DNA of 24,000 bases from Proteiniborus sp. DW1. Lineage in GTDB: Bacteria; Bacillota; Clostridia; Tissierellales; Proteiniboraceae. This document shows positions 1-8,473 of the stretch, piece by piece. A program made the position numbers and the translations under genes. The notes beneath the pieces are model-generated. The model ran no database searches. It was not told the DNA's origin and saw only the letters and a list, made by a program, of their open reading frames with translations. Location of the stretch: positions 18,473 to 42,472 of the forward strand of contig NZ_FMDO01000057.1 in assembly GCF_900095305.1 (NCBI RefSeq), given 5' to 3'. How positions within the stretch are numbered: position 1 is the stretch's first letter; every line of letters starts with the position of its first letter.

Positions 1-301
1 GCAAATTGTCCGAACAAAGCATTTCCCCATCAACTTCAGTCATAAGCAGATAATCCAAGCCATTATAGGAGTTAAAATATAGTGCTTTTGGTACAGGCAA
101 TTTATCTCTTAGCCAGTCTATTATTTTATACTCTTTTTCTAGTTCTTGTGATGAAGGCTGGATTTTTAAGTAGTATGAAACATTGTCATTATAATATTTA
201 TAAACTCCTGCATTTGAGCAGCCTATATTGTTTTCCTCACAGCTCATTCCAGCAAGGAGTTCGTTTAAGTCTTTTGGATAAGAAGTATTTAAATTGTTCA
301 T
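1..301 (-). CDS. APH(3')-like aminoglycoside/antibiotic phosphotransferase, N-terminal part (gene runs off the window start)
   Basis: Absent from the ORF track because it leaves the window. My reverse-complement translation from ATG 301..299 is MNNLNTSYPKDLNELLAGMSCEENNIGCSNAGVYKYYNDNVSYYLKIQPSSQELEKEYKIIDWLRDKLPVPKALYFNSYNGLDYLLMTEVDGEMLCSDNL. The pattern S.A.VYK..YLK...E...WL..KLPVPK..F....LLM.E.DG..CS matches the N-lobe of APH(3') enzymes from memory. SD AGAGGTGA lies just upstream. Confidence 0.7.
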   Translation of the reverse strand, partial: MNNLNTSYPKDLNELLAGMSCEENNIGCSNAGVYKYYNDNVSYYLKIQPSSQELEKEYKIIDWLRDKLPVPKALYFNSYNGLDYLLMTEVDGEMLCSDNL

Positions 302-407
302 GATATCACCTCTAGGTTTTTCTGTCATTTTCAGTTCCTTAGTTTAAGTTAATGGCTTTATTTCCATCTATATCTCCCTGATAAACTTTGGTTCACAGTC
401 TTTCCAA

Positions 408-860
408 TTACAATAATTTTTCAAATTCTGATATATAAATTCCTTCACTAATCTCTATATCTTTTACTTTTTTATATCCATTTTTTAGATATAAATTAAC
501 GGCAGGCAAGTTCTTTGCTCCAGTACAAACTACCAGCTTATTTATATTTCTATGGATTTTTTCCACAAAGCTAATAAGTCTTCCCGCAATACCCATTCTA
601 AAAAATCTAGGATGTACTGCAACCCTGTGTATATCTAAAATATCTTCAATAACTTTATATGATATAATTCCTGCCAAGACATCGTTAATGTAGTATCCAT
701 AAAATATTTCATCACATTCCTGCAAACTTTTTATTGTATCTTTTAAAGGAGGGATTTCGTAAAAATTTAAAATCTCAGCCTCAACTTTGTATGATGCCTT
801 TTGTAAGTCTAATACAGCCTCTGCTGTTACTATGTCATTCAAATCAAGCCTTCTAATCAT
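408..860 (-). CDS. GNAT family N-acetyltransferase
   Basis: 150-aa ORF. The acetyl-CoA-binding core HRVAVHPRFFRMGIAGRLISFV and the C-terminal NLYLKNGYKKV are typical GNAT motifs A/B. SD AGAGGTGA precedes the ATG. Confidence 0.85.
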   Translation of the reverse strand: MIRRLDLNDIVTAEAVLDLQKASYKVEAEILNFYEIPPLKDTIKSLQECDEIFYGYYINDVLAGIISYKVIEDILDIHRVAVHPRFFRMGIAGRLISFVEKIHRNINKLVVCTGAKNLPAVNLYLKNGYKKVKDIEISEGIYISEFEKLL

Positions 861-884
861 CTCTTCACCTCTTTATAATAATAT

Positions 885-1187
885 TTACTTTACTTGCTTT
901 CTAATAGTAAGTAAAATGATAATTCCTGCTATTGTAAGCAGTCCAAATAAGCCAGTAAGAAGATGTGATGATGATTGGCTTGAGATAAATATTGTTGTTG
1001 GTCCATCTGCACCTCCAATAATTCCTATAGAACTTCCGTGCTTTATATCTCTTTTCAATTTGAATGATAAAAATATAGGCAATAAAAAATCAAATCCTAA
1101 CATCATTATGGTAACTATCCCAGTTATAAGGGTAATTATAAAAACTATCTTGGAAAATTTCCTTTTATCCAATATGCTCACTCCCAT
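885..1187 (-). CDS. small integral membrane protein (2-3 TM), function unknown
   Basis: 100-aa ORF with hydrophobic helices. The central IGIIGGADGPT motif resembles a segment of Na+-translocating decarboxylase beta subunits (from memory). Its stop abuts the SD of the downstream GNAT. The overlapping plus ORF 787..1257 is low-complexity and looks like an antisense shadow. Confidence 0.6.
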   Translation of the reverse strand: MGVSILDKRKFSKIVFIITLITGIVTIMMLGFDFLLPIFLSFKLKRDIKHGSSIGIIGGADGPTTIFISSQSSSHLLTGLFGLLTIAGIIILLTIRKQVK

Positions 1188-1342
1188 ATGTGCTTTGCAT
1201 TCCTTTTACAGTCTGATTAACTCTAACTCCTTACAAAGCTTTTATAGCAAATCATAGAAAACAATATTCCCTTCATATAAATACTTCTATATAAGCTATC
1301 TTTCTCCTTCATAAATACATATTCTTGATGTATATTAATATC

Positions 1343-1376
1343 AAAAAAGCGATAAGATAAAGCTTTATCCTATCGC
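1343..1376 (-). terminator. rho-independent terminator after the anti-sigma gene
   Basis: In minus sense: GCGATAGGAT-AAAGCTTT-ATCTTATCGC (10-bp stem, one G.U) followed by TTTTTT. It lies 30 nt downstream of the stop at 1406. Confidence 0.65.
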
Positions 1377-1405
1377 ATAATTTGATTCAAGTAGAATGCT
1401 ATTTT

Positions 1406-2725
1406 TTAATCTAATGGAATATCAATAATCTTGTTATAAGCTTGTGTATAAGTTATTTTCTCTATGCTCAGTTCGTACTTACTGCCCGTCTTAGGAAAAT
1501 GCAATGTTCTAGTATGAAGGATTGTTCCATCCTCTAGCTTTTTCAAGTCACTATTAATAGTTTCTTTAAGATTTATTCTCTCTCCATCTACTATAAGCCC
1601 CACTTTCGTAAGCACTACATCATCTCTCGTAGTAAAAGTAACATATGTGCTGTCTCCTGACTCATAGACTTGATTTATTTCAATATCTTGTCCTAAAGCC
1701 TGAACTTTTATATGTTTTAACTCTTTATTTAGGTTTACCTTTTTATTCACATCGCGGTCTACAGAAAAGCTTTCTATATTAAGCTGGAGCGAGGTCAAGT
1801 CATCTGGCAATGCATCATATTCACTATGAAATCTGATTCCCTTCATATCTGTACTCATACCTCCGCCCTGCCAATCTACTTCCTTCCCATTTGCTATGAG
1901 CTTAATATTTACACTATTAGGTCGAAGCCTTTCTCCAAGTATTTGATCCTTTGCAAACTCTATAATATTTTGTATTTTCCCATGGAGTACAGTTTTAGTC
2001 GGAGAAGCTACGATGGACACTAAATGAAGTTTTGTATCTCCCGCTTTTACTGTCTTATTTATGGTTTGCTTCAATGTATGGCCCATTGCCTTGTTTGGGT
2101 CAATACTAAATCTAATCTCTCCCTTTTCATAGTTTTTATTATTAAAATACATAAGCTCTAATTTCAGTTTTTTCTCAAAAACAGAAGGCTTCTCAAAGCT
2201 ATAAATCCATTTTACCTCTGTTTTCTCTTCATTCATTTCCCCCTGCCCACCTTCTGGATTGTATTCCCTGATAAATCCTTTAATAGTCATAATAAAATGG
2301 TCTTTCTCATTAACAGCTCCATCTGGGTCCTTTACTGTATAAAAAACTAAAAGCTGGTTTTCATCAACCATTACACCATCTAAGGTCACAGTTACTCCAT
2401 TAGTGAACGTATGGCTTTTCCCAATAGGCTGACCTTTTCCTAGCTCATTTAGCTGTCTTAAGGTTCCATTCATTACATTATCATATCCAAGAAGCTTTTT
2501 CCCATAGTATGCTAGAGCATTAAAGTTGTATCCCACGAGTAAAAATACAATACAAGCCACTGTAACAGCTATCCTCCAGTTTTTCTTCCTTACCTTAGTT
2601 TGTGAACTGCTTTCTAATGCTTTGTATAGTCTTGACTCTAATTCTTCTGGCACTTTTATATTGTCTATGTCTTTCTTTTTTTCAGCTAATAGTCTTTCAA
2701 CTTCTTTCAATTTCATCACCTCCAA
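1406..2725 (-). CDS. DUF4179-type anti-sigma factor (single-pass membrane protein)
   Basis: 439 aa. A short cytoplasmic N-terminus is followed by one TM (WRIAVTVACIVFLLVGYNF) and a large extracytoplasmic beta-rich domain. The gene overlaps the 3' end of the ECF sigma gene. The track start is TTG; GGAGGTG just inside suggests the real start may be a few codons downstream. Confidence 0.75.
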   Translation of the reverse strand: MEVMKLKEVERLLAEKKKDIDNIKVPEELESRLYKALESSSQTKVRKKNWRIAVTVACIVFLLVGYNFNALAYYGKKLLGYDNVMNGTLRQLNELGKGQPIGKSHTFTNGVTVTLDGVMVDENQLLVFYTVKDPDGAVNEKDHFIMTIKGFIREYNPEGGQGEMNEEKTEVKWIYSFEKPSVFEKKLKLELMYFNNKNYEKGEIRFSIDPNKAMGHTLKQTINKTVKAGDTKLHLVSIVASPTKTVLHGKIQNIIEFAKDQILGERLRPNSVNIKLIANGKEVDWQGGGMSTDMKGIRFHSEYDALPDDLTSLQLNIESFSVDRDVNKKVNLNKELKHIKVQALGQDIEINQVYESGDSTYVTFTTRDDVVLTKVGLIVDGERINLKETINSDLKKLEDGTILHTRTLHFPKTGSKYELSIEKITYTQAYNKIIDIPLD

Positions 2726-3275
2726 GGCTTTCCTTCAAATTTTTGAGCCCAATAGAAATACGTGATTTTACTGTTCCAAGAGGAATTTTTAATATATCTG
2801 ATATAGTTTGATAATCTAAATCTAAAAAATATCTCAACCTAATAACCTCTTGGTGCTTTTCATTAAGCTTAGATAGGTGTTCTTCTACCATTATCTGTTC
2901 ATCCATAGTTCTTAATCCACCTTCATGTCCCTGCTCTTCAACAATTTCCAATGAAACTATCTTGTTTCTTTCTTTTAAAATTTTTTTACAACAGTTTACT
3001 AGAATAGTTTTGCTCCAACTGTAAAAAGCTTCTGGTTTTTTTAACTGGTGCATTTTTTCATGTAAAATCACTATCATATCAGACATTGCATCTAAAGAGT
3101 CATCCTTATTTTTCATATATATAAAGGCCAGTTTATAGTAGTCCTGCTTTTTTTCCATAACTAGCTGAACTAATGCATCCTTATGACCTTTTTTGGCTTT
3201 TTTCACTAGTAATTCTATGTCCACCTTACCACCTTCTTTCATATATAAGAGTATATCATTATAAAAAAAGTTCAT
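2697..3275 (-). CDS. ECF-type sigma-70 family RNA polymerase sigma factor
   Basis: Region 2-like DALVQLVMEKKQDYYKLAFIYMKNKDDSLDAMSD and region 4 HTH RLRYFLDLDYQTISDILKIPLGTVKSRI. The start is uncertain; M12 or the GTG at VDIELL are alternatives. Confidence 0.85.
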   Translation of the reverse strand: MNFFYNDILLYMKEGGKVDIELLVKKAKKGHKDALVQLVMEKKQDYYKLAFIYMKNKDDSLDAMSDMIVILHEKMHQLKKPEAFYSWSKTILVNCCKKILKERNKIVSLEIVEEQGHEGGLRTMDEQIMVEEHLSKLNEKHQEVIRLRYFLDLDYQTISDILKIPLGTVKSRISIGLKNLKESLGGDEIERS

Positions 3276-3364
3276 TCTAAATATATTTTTTTATAGCCAA
3301 TAGAAAAGCTCTGCTTTCTATCTTTTTCATTTTAGAAGTTTGCGTCAATGAATCCACTCCCTTT

Positions 3365-3419
3365 AAAGGCTTCCATTAGAAGCTTTTTTTAACAAAAAAA
3401 GCTTCTAATGGAAGCCTTT
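3365..3419. terminator. 26-bp perfect hairpin, bidirectional terminator between the GNAT operon and the sigma operon
   Basis: AAAGGCTTCCATTAGAAGCTTTTTTT-AAC-AAAAAAAGCTTCTAATGGAAGCCTTT. It lies 14 nt downstream of the stop at 3433. The U-tract is better in plus sense (TTTTTCTTGTTT) than in minus sense (TTTAAAG). Confidence 0.7.
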
Positions 3420-3432
3420 TTCTTGTTTACAT

Positions 3433-3966
3433 CTACACTTTATTTTTTTCAAAGTTTTCGTACTCCTCTTTTGTAATCTTAAAATATTTGCAGTCTAGAT
3501 TAAATATTTCTATATCTTTAATATACTTCAATCCTATTTTCTCTAAAACATTCATAGAAGCAGTATTTGTTTGCTTTGTAAGACCTATAATATTGTCCAA
3601 ATCTATTTGCTTAAATGCATATTCAAGAGATGCCCTTGCTGCCTCTGTAGCATATCCTTTTCCTCTAGCATGCTTGCCAAATGCATATAAGACTTCTACT
3701 TCTGAAAGATCCTTAATATAGTTTAGACCACAATGCCCTAATAGACAATCGCTTTCTTTGTCTACAACAGCCCATATTCCATAGTTATATTTCTCCCAAT
3801 GCTTTATCATATAATTCATAAATTTCTCAGTTTCTTCTAAGGTATGTCCTTCTCCCTTTGGAAGCCATTTGCCAACCTCATATTCTCCCATAATATCAGC
3901 ATAATCCTTTAAATCCTTTTCAACATCAAAATGCCTTAAATATAATCTTTCAGTTTCTACTCTCAT
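3433..3966 (-). CDS. GNAT acetyltransferase, RimJ/RimL-like
   Basis: 177 aa. It begins with the ERLYLRHF-type N-terminus typical of the RimJ/RimL subgroup and has the core ARGKGYATEAARASLEYAF. SD AGGGGG lies upstream. Confidence 0.85.
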   Translation of the reverse strand: MRVETERLYLRHFDVEKDLKDYADIMGEYEVGKWLPKGEGHTLEETEKFMNYMIKHWEKYNYGIWAVVDKESDCLLGHCGLNYIKDLSEVEVLYAFGKHARGKGYATEAARASLEYAFKQIDLDNIIGLTKQTNTASMNVLEKIGLKYIKDIEIFNLDCKYFKITKEEYENFEKNKV

Positions 3967-3992
3967 TAGTAACCCCCTAAAAATTAATAGTT

Positions 3993-4847
3993 TTATAGTA
4001 GTGTATAATACATCTCATACTGTGAAATTGAGTCTTTAGTAAAGCCTAAGTGCTTCATAAAGCCTAAAAGACTTGCATTGTTAGGAAAGTTAATTATTAA
4101 TTTTTCTATACCAAGGTCATTCACAGCATAGGTGATAAGGCCTTTAGCTATATTCTGATGACGAAGCTCAGGACTAATCCATATGAAGCTAATCTTTCCT
4201 TTAGGATGGATACTCAATCCTCCTATTATTTTAATATCTTTAAATAACCCGTAATGTATTTGTCCGTCAATTTGACTAACATAATCAAAATCGTTTTGCC
4301 AATTTATATGTATATCTGAGATTTTATTTTTTAAAGCCCTTAAAATTTCTATACCTACTTTTTCTACTCTTAAATCACTAGGTAATATTCCTTTAATCTC
4401 TGATGGATTGTTATGTGAGTAATATACTATATCATACACCTTTTCATAGCCTTTTTTCTTGTAAAAATTAATAGCTCTATCATTGCCTACTATAACCTCT
4501 AAAAACATCTGCTTGCAACTATTCTCTAAAGCTATTTCCTTGTGGAGTTCAAAAAGTTTTTTTCCAACTTCGGTACCTCTATATTCAGGATGAATACATA
4601 ATGCTCCACATCTAAGTGTTTTTATTCCTTCATATACTTTAATGCCAGCTAGATTAAGCCCTACTGGCTTATCACCATCAAGGGCAATGACAGAATACTC
4701 TAGGCTATTTCCCTCTGGTCCAAAAAATCGCTTAAAAAAGAACTCCTTTGACATCTCAATCTTTATGATATAATCTGAAAAGCCAATTTGAAAAGCTTGA
4801 AATATGGTATCTTCGTTCACATCTGTGCATCTTTTATAATTTATCAT
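3993..4847 (-). CDS. two-domain (tandem) GNAT acetyltransferase
   Basis: 284 aa with two GNAT-like halves: LCIHPEYRGTEVGKKLF...FYKKKGYEKV and IWISPELRHQNIAKGLI...FMKHLGFTK. Its ATG overlaps the upstream stop (ATGA at 4844-4847). Confidence 0.75.
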   Translation of the reverse strand: MINYKRCTDVNEDTIFQAFQIGFSDYIIKIEMSKEFFFKRFFGPEGNSLEYSVIALDGDKPVGLNLAGIKVYEGIKTLRCGALCIHPEYRGTEVGKKLFELHKEIALENSCKQMFLEVIVGNDRAINFYKKKGYEKVYDIVYYSHNNPSEIKGILPSDLRVEKVGIEILRALKNKISDIHINWQNDFDYVSQIDGQIHYGLFKDIKIIGGLSIHPKGKISFIWISPELRHQNIAKGLITYAVNDLGIEKLIINFPNNASLLGFMKHLGFTKDSISQYEMYYTLL

Positions 4848-6244
4848 CTAAACACCTCTACTTCATTGAAATTATACTTTTTACTTAATACCGTGCAAAT
4901 ATCTAATATATCCTTTGATGAAAATTCTTTTTGGAACCTTCTTTTTAATTTTTTATAATATGCAAATCTAAGCATAGAATATTTTTCAAGTTCTTTAATA
5001 TATTTCTTACTAAATCTCTTTTTGTTTTTTGATATTGCTTCAAAAATCATGACAATACAGCATTTCTTTATGATTCTTTTTAGCTTTATAGAATCCTCCT
5101 TTGTAAAGATTTTTGCATCATCCACAGCTTCTTCAATAAACCAGAGTAATTTGTTTATCAACTTGTCTAAAGGCCACTTTTGACCAACCTGAGAAAGTAT
5201 AGTCATATGTCCATTACTTAAGTCTTCTTCTACATCCTGAAGATCATCAATAATCTGAAGAAACACACCATAACCAAACATAAAGTCTGCTTCTTCTAAT
5301 GTAAGCTCTCCTTTTACAAGACAGCCATCAGCTAATACTGATGTGCCTCCTTTTTCAAAACTAATGCCAATTATATCTCTTTCATAAGGAAGAGTTTTTT
5401 CTCTCTGCTGAACAAGGCTTTCCTCTTGGCCTTTATGAATAGCTAATAAGCTTTGATGTACCTGAGGATATTTCTCTCTTGGAAATTCTCCTTCAATTCT
5501 TTTAACAAGCTTGTAGACATTTTCTTCGTTAATGTTTGAGACATTAGCCTCTTCTCCACAAAGCCATTTTTTTAACTTTTTACTAAAATCCTTTTTATTT
5601 TTAACTGATACTTCAGGATCATCAAGATAGTTGTCACTATAAGGATATAACATACTATATGAGAAAATAGAAGGTGTTAATTTGGGTTCCATATTAAATA
5701 GTACCTGGATACTATTCATGATCCACACATTTCTAATAGCTTGAAATATATCATATACATTCATACTTGAATCAAACTTCTTAACTTCTTGAATAAATTC
5801 TTCTGTAACTACTGAGTATCCTTTATCCACAAAAAAACTAATATAGCTTTCCTCATCTCCAATAATACTCATTTCCATCTCTTTTATTAATGAAAATATC
5901 CTACCAACCCATTCACTTTCTTTGCCCTCTTCATTAGGCATATTATGTAGTTCCTCAAAAAGCTCTTTTCTGAACCTTTCTACTTTTCTTTCGTTAGAAA
6001 GCTTTTCTAATAATCTGATTTCTCCTCCAAACTTGTAAAAATCAGCCTTTGTGCTCCACCAGGCATTAATATATTTAAGTTTTAGATAGTCAACTACTTT
6101 TCTTATGTCCAATAATTGATTAGACTTTTCGTAATCCTCTCTTCTAATAGTCACATACTCACCTCTATCTGCTATCCCATACTCCAATAATCTGTCTTCT
6201 ATAAAAGAATAAAATAATTCCACCTTTTTTACATAAAGATACAT
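4844..6244 (-). CDS. class I isoprenoid-synthase-fold protein (polyprenyl / squalene-phytoene synthase-like) with a novel ~190-aa N-terminal extension
   Basis: 466 aa. The first Asp-rich motif is YPYSDNYLDD (5618-5635). The second, GYGVFLQIIDDLQDVEEDLSNGHMTIL (DDLQD at 5234-5248), lies 129 aa later. Its context resembles both the polyprenyl synthase second aspartate-rich motif (SARM; G..FQ..DD..D) and the SQS/PSY motif (RDV.ED...G). The family call is from memory of motifs only. Confidence 0.55.
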   Translation of the reverse strand: MYLYVKKVELFYSFIEDRLLEYGIADRGEYVTIRREDYEKSNQLLDIRKVVDYLKLKYINAWWSTKADFYKFGGEIRLLEKLSNERKVERFRKELFEELHNMPNEEGKESEWVGRIFSLIKEMEMSIIGDEESYISFFVDKGYSVVTEEFIQEVKKFDSSMNVYDIFQAIRNVWIMNSIQVLFNMEPKLTPSIFSYSMLYPYSDNYLDDPEVSVKNKKDFSKKLKKWLCGEEANVSNINEENVYKLVKRIEGEFPREKYPQVHQSLLAIHKGQEESLVQQREKTLPYERDIIGISFEKGGTSVLADGCLVKGELTLEEADFMFGYGVFLQIIDDLQDVEEDLSNGHMTILSQVGQKWPLDKLINKLLWFIEEAVDDAKIFTKEDSIKLKRIIKKCCIVMIFEAISKNKKRFSKKYIKELEKYSMLRFAYYKKLKRRFQKEFSSKDILDICTVLSKKYNFNEVEVFR

Positions 6245-6328
6245 AATATTATTCTATAAATTGCTAGAAACTCCTTTATTTTTTATTAGAGTATCGAAAT
6301 ATTATTGTTGAATTTTGTTGTTATTTGT

Positions 6329-6360
6329 AAAAAAACAGCATGCTTAGAAACATGCTGTTT
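6329..6360 (-). terminator. rho-independent terminator after the radical SAM gene
   Basis: In minus sense: AAACAGCATG-TTTCTAAG-CATGCTGTTT followed by TTTTT. Confidence 0.7.
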
Positions 6361-6482
6361 TACATAAAAAATAACATTAAATTAACCTGTTTTGATTAAG
6401 TTTAATTAGGTATATCCACATATAATTTCCTAGGCAATATGGAACAATAGAATTATGAACTTAATCTAATTCCATTAATAGC

Positions 6483-7409
6483 CTAACCATTCTGATACTT
6501 TATTCCCTGATAGCTATTTCTTCTTTTTAGCTCCATATCAATCCCTGACAGCACCCTAAGCTTATCTAGACTCCATAATGGCTCAACTAATAAAGCTCTT
6601 TTGCCGTCACCTGTAAGCCTATGGATAACCATATCCTGTGGTAAATATTCAATACTATCCACTATTAAAGATATATACTCTTCCATAGATAGTATATGAA
6701 AAGGCGATTTTTTGTAATACTCATGAAGGTCTGTGCCTTTTTGAATGTATAATAAATGAAACTTAACTCCCCAAGTCTCTGTTGCAGCTACATACTTTAC
6801 TGAATCTAATATATCTTCTCTTGATTCATTAGGCAGCCCAAATATTAAATGAGTCACTACCTTTATATTTCTTTTCTTTAACTGTTTAATAGCTTCCTCA
6901 TAGCAATCTAATGGGTATCCTCTTCTTATAAATCTAGCAGTCTTTTCATGAATAGTTTGTAGGCCAAGTTCAACCCAAAAAAAAGTCTTTTCATTGATTT
7001 CTTCAAGTAAATCTAATATTTCTACAGAGAAACAATCTGGTCTTGTGGCTATGGCAAGGCCTACTACTCCTTCTTGGGATATAGCTGTATAATACTTTTC
7101 CTTTAAATCTTCATAGGTAGAATAGGTATTAGTAAAGTTTTGAAAATAGGCAATATATCTTCCGCTATCCCACTTTTTAGACAAGAGCTGTTTCTGACTC
7201 TCAACCTGTTTATTTATATCTAAGCATCTAGAAGCTGCAAACTCTCCCGAGCCTTCTTCTCCACAAAATATACATCCCCTAGTTCCTAAAGTCCCATCTC
7301 TATTAGGACAGGTAAACCCTCCATCTAGAGATAGTTTTATTGCCTTAGAATCAAATATTCTTTTCATTTCATAGTTAAAGGAAAGATATCTTTTATCTCC
7401 CCACATCAT
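6483..7409 (-). CDS. TIGR01212-family radical SAM protein (YhcC/YtqA-like)
   Basis: 308 aa. The N-terminal cluster motif CPNRDGTLGTRGCIFC and overall length match this family as I remember it. Confidence 0.88.
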   Translation of the reverse strand: MMWGDKRYLSFNYEMKRIFDSKAIKLSLDGGFTCPNRDGTLGTRGCIFCGEEGSGEFAASRCLDINKQVESQKQLLSKKWDSGRYIAYFQNFTNTYSTYEDLKEKYYTAISQEGVVGLAIATRPDCFSVEILDLLEEINEKTFFWVELGLQTIHEKTARFIRRGYPLDCYEEAIKQLKKRNIKVVTHLIFGLPNESREDILDSVKYVAATETWGVKFHLLYIQKGTDLHEYYKKSPFHILSMEEYISLIVDSIEYLPQDMVIHRLTGDGKRALLVEPLWSLDKLRVLSGIDMELKRRNSYQGIKYQNG

Positions 7410-7463
7410 ATTATCACTGCCTTTACTTGTCTTATGTATATTATAATACTATATAATACTATT

Positions 7464-8372
7464 TTAGCTTAAATGAATTAATTTAGCATTCACTTCTTCA
7501 AGCTCAGGTATTGATGTCCTTCCGCCAAACTTTGTAACCGATAACGCCGAAGTCATAGAAGAAAACCTTAGATTATATTCTAAATCAAATTCTTTTAAAA
7601 CACCATAGGCAAAGGCACCATGAAAAATATCTCCTGCTCCTGTTGTATCTATGGCCTTAACTCCAAAGGCTGGCATATTTATCATTCTATTATCTTTCTC
7701 ATAAATAAGCCCTCTTTCTCCTAAAGTAACTACTATGTTATTTCTATTTAATTTCTTTAGTTTGTTAAAGCATATCTCCATGTCTGCTTTAGTTTCTAAA
7801 GATTTCATTTTACAGTAATCTAATGCAAATCTTTCTGAGCAAACCAAATAATCAACTATAGCAGCAAGCTCTTCAGTTGATTTTTTCAAAGAACCTGCGT
7901 CTATTATTGTTTTAGAATGCGGAAACATCTCAATAGCTTCTAAGGAAGTCTTTAGTTCATGTCCATCTACGAGAATTACCTTAGGATTCATTTTTCTCAA
8001 CTCGTCAGCATCTACAGCAATATCTTCATGAGGCTCCTTTCTGTTTATTATGGTTCTACTTCCATTGCTAGTGTTTACAATAATTGTTGAAAGAGGTGTT
8101 GGATAATTATCCTTAACACAAACTAAAGACACATCTACTCCTACATCCTTAAATTCTTTGATTATATTGTTTCCATATACGTCATCGCCTAATAATCCAA
8201 TGTATCCTGTATTAACTCCCCATTTAGATAATAGATACGCTGCATTACCAGCAGGTCCTCCTCCACATTCTATAATCTTTGACACTGAATATTTCATGTT
8301 CTCCATTGGATATTCATTAAGAGGAACAGTTATATCATATGCAGAGTGCCCAATACATAATACATCTATCAT
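7464..8372 (-). CDS. PfkB-family carbohydrate kinase
   Basis: 302 aa. N-terminal GGGPAGNAA region and C-terminal PfkB signature DTTGAGDIFHGAFAYG. Confidence 0.9.
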   Translation of the reverse strand: MIDVLCIGHSAYDITVPLNEYPMENMKYSVSKIIECGGGPAGNAAYLLSKWGVNTGYIGLLGDDVYGNNIIKEFKDVGVDVSLVCVKDNYPTPLSTIIVNTSNGSRTIINRKEPHEDIAVDADELRKMNPKVILVDGHELKTSLEAIEMFPHSKTIIDAGSLKKSTEELAAIVDYLVCSERFALDYCKMKSLETKADMEICFNKLKKLNRNNIVVTLGERGLIYEKDNRMINMPAFGVKAIDTTGAGDIFHGAFAYGVLKEFDLEYNLRFSSMTSALSVTKFGGRTSIPELEEVNAKLIHLS

Positions 8373-8410
8373 TTGTTTCCCTCCTAGTCAGAATCATTTA
8401 ATTTATTATG

Positions 8411-8450
8411 CAAAAAACATAATCAAATGCCACATAGACATTTGATTATG
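8411..8450 (-). terminator. rho-independent terminator after PTS IIC
   Basis: In minus sense: CATAATCAAATG-TCTATGTGG-CATTTGATTATG (12-bp perfect stem) followed by TTTTTTG. It starts 24 nt after the stop at 8474. Confidence 0.75.
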
Positions 8451-8473
8451 CAGAAATCTATTTATAATTCATC

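Noticed and set aside
3365-3419. The 26-bp perfect palindrome as a possible mobile-element end or recombination site.
   Set aside because: It sits exactly between two convergently insulated operons, has a GC core with flanking A/T runs, and has no partner copy. That is the standard architecture of a bidirectional intrinsic terminator.
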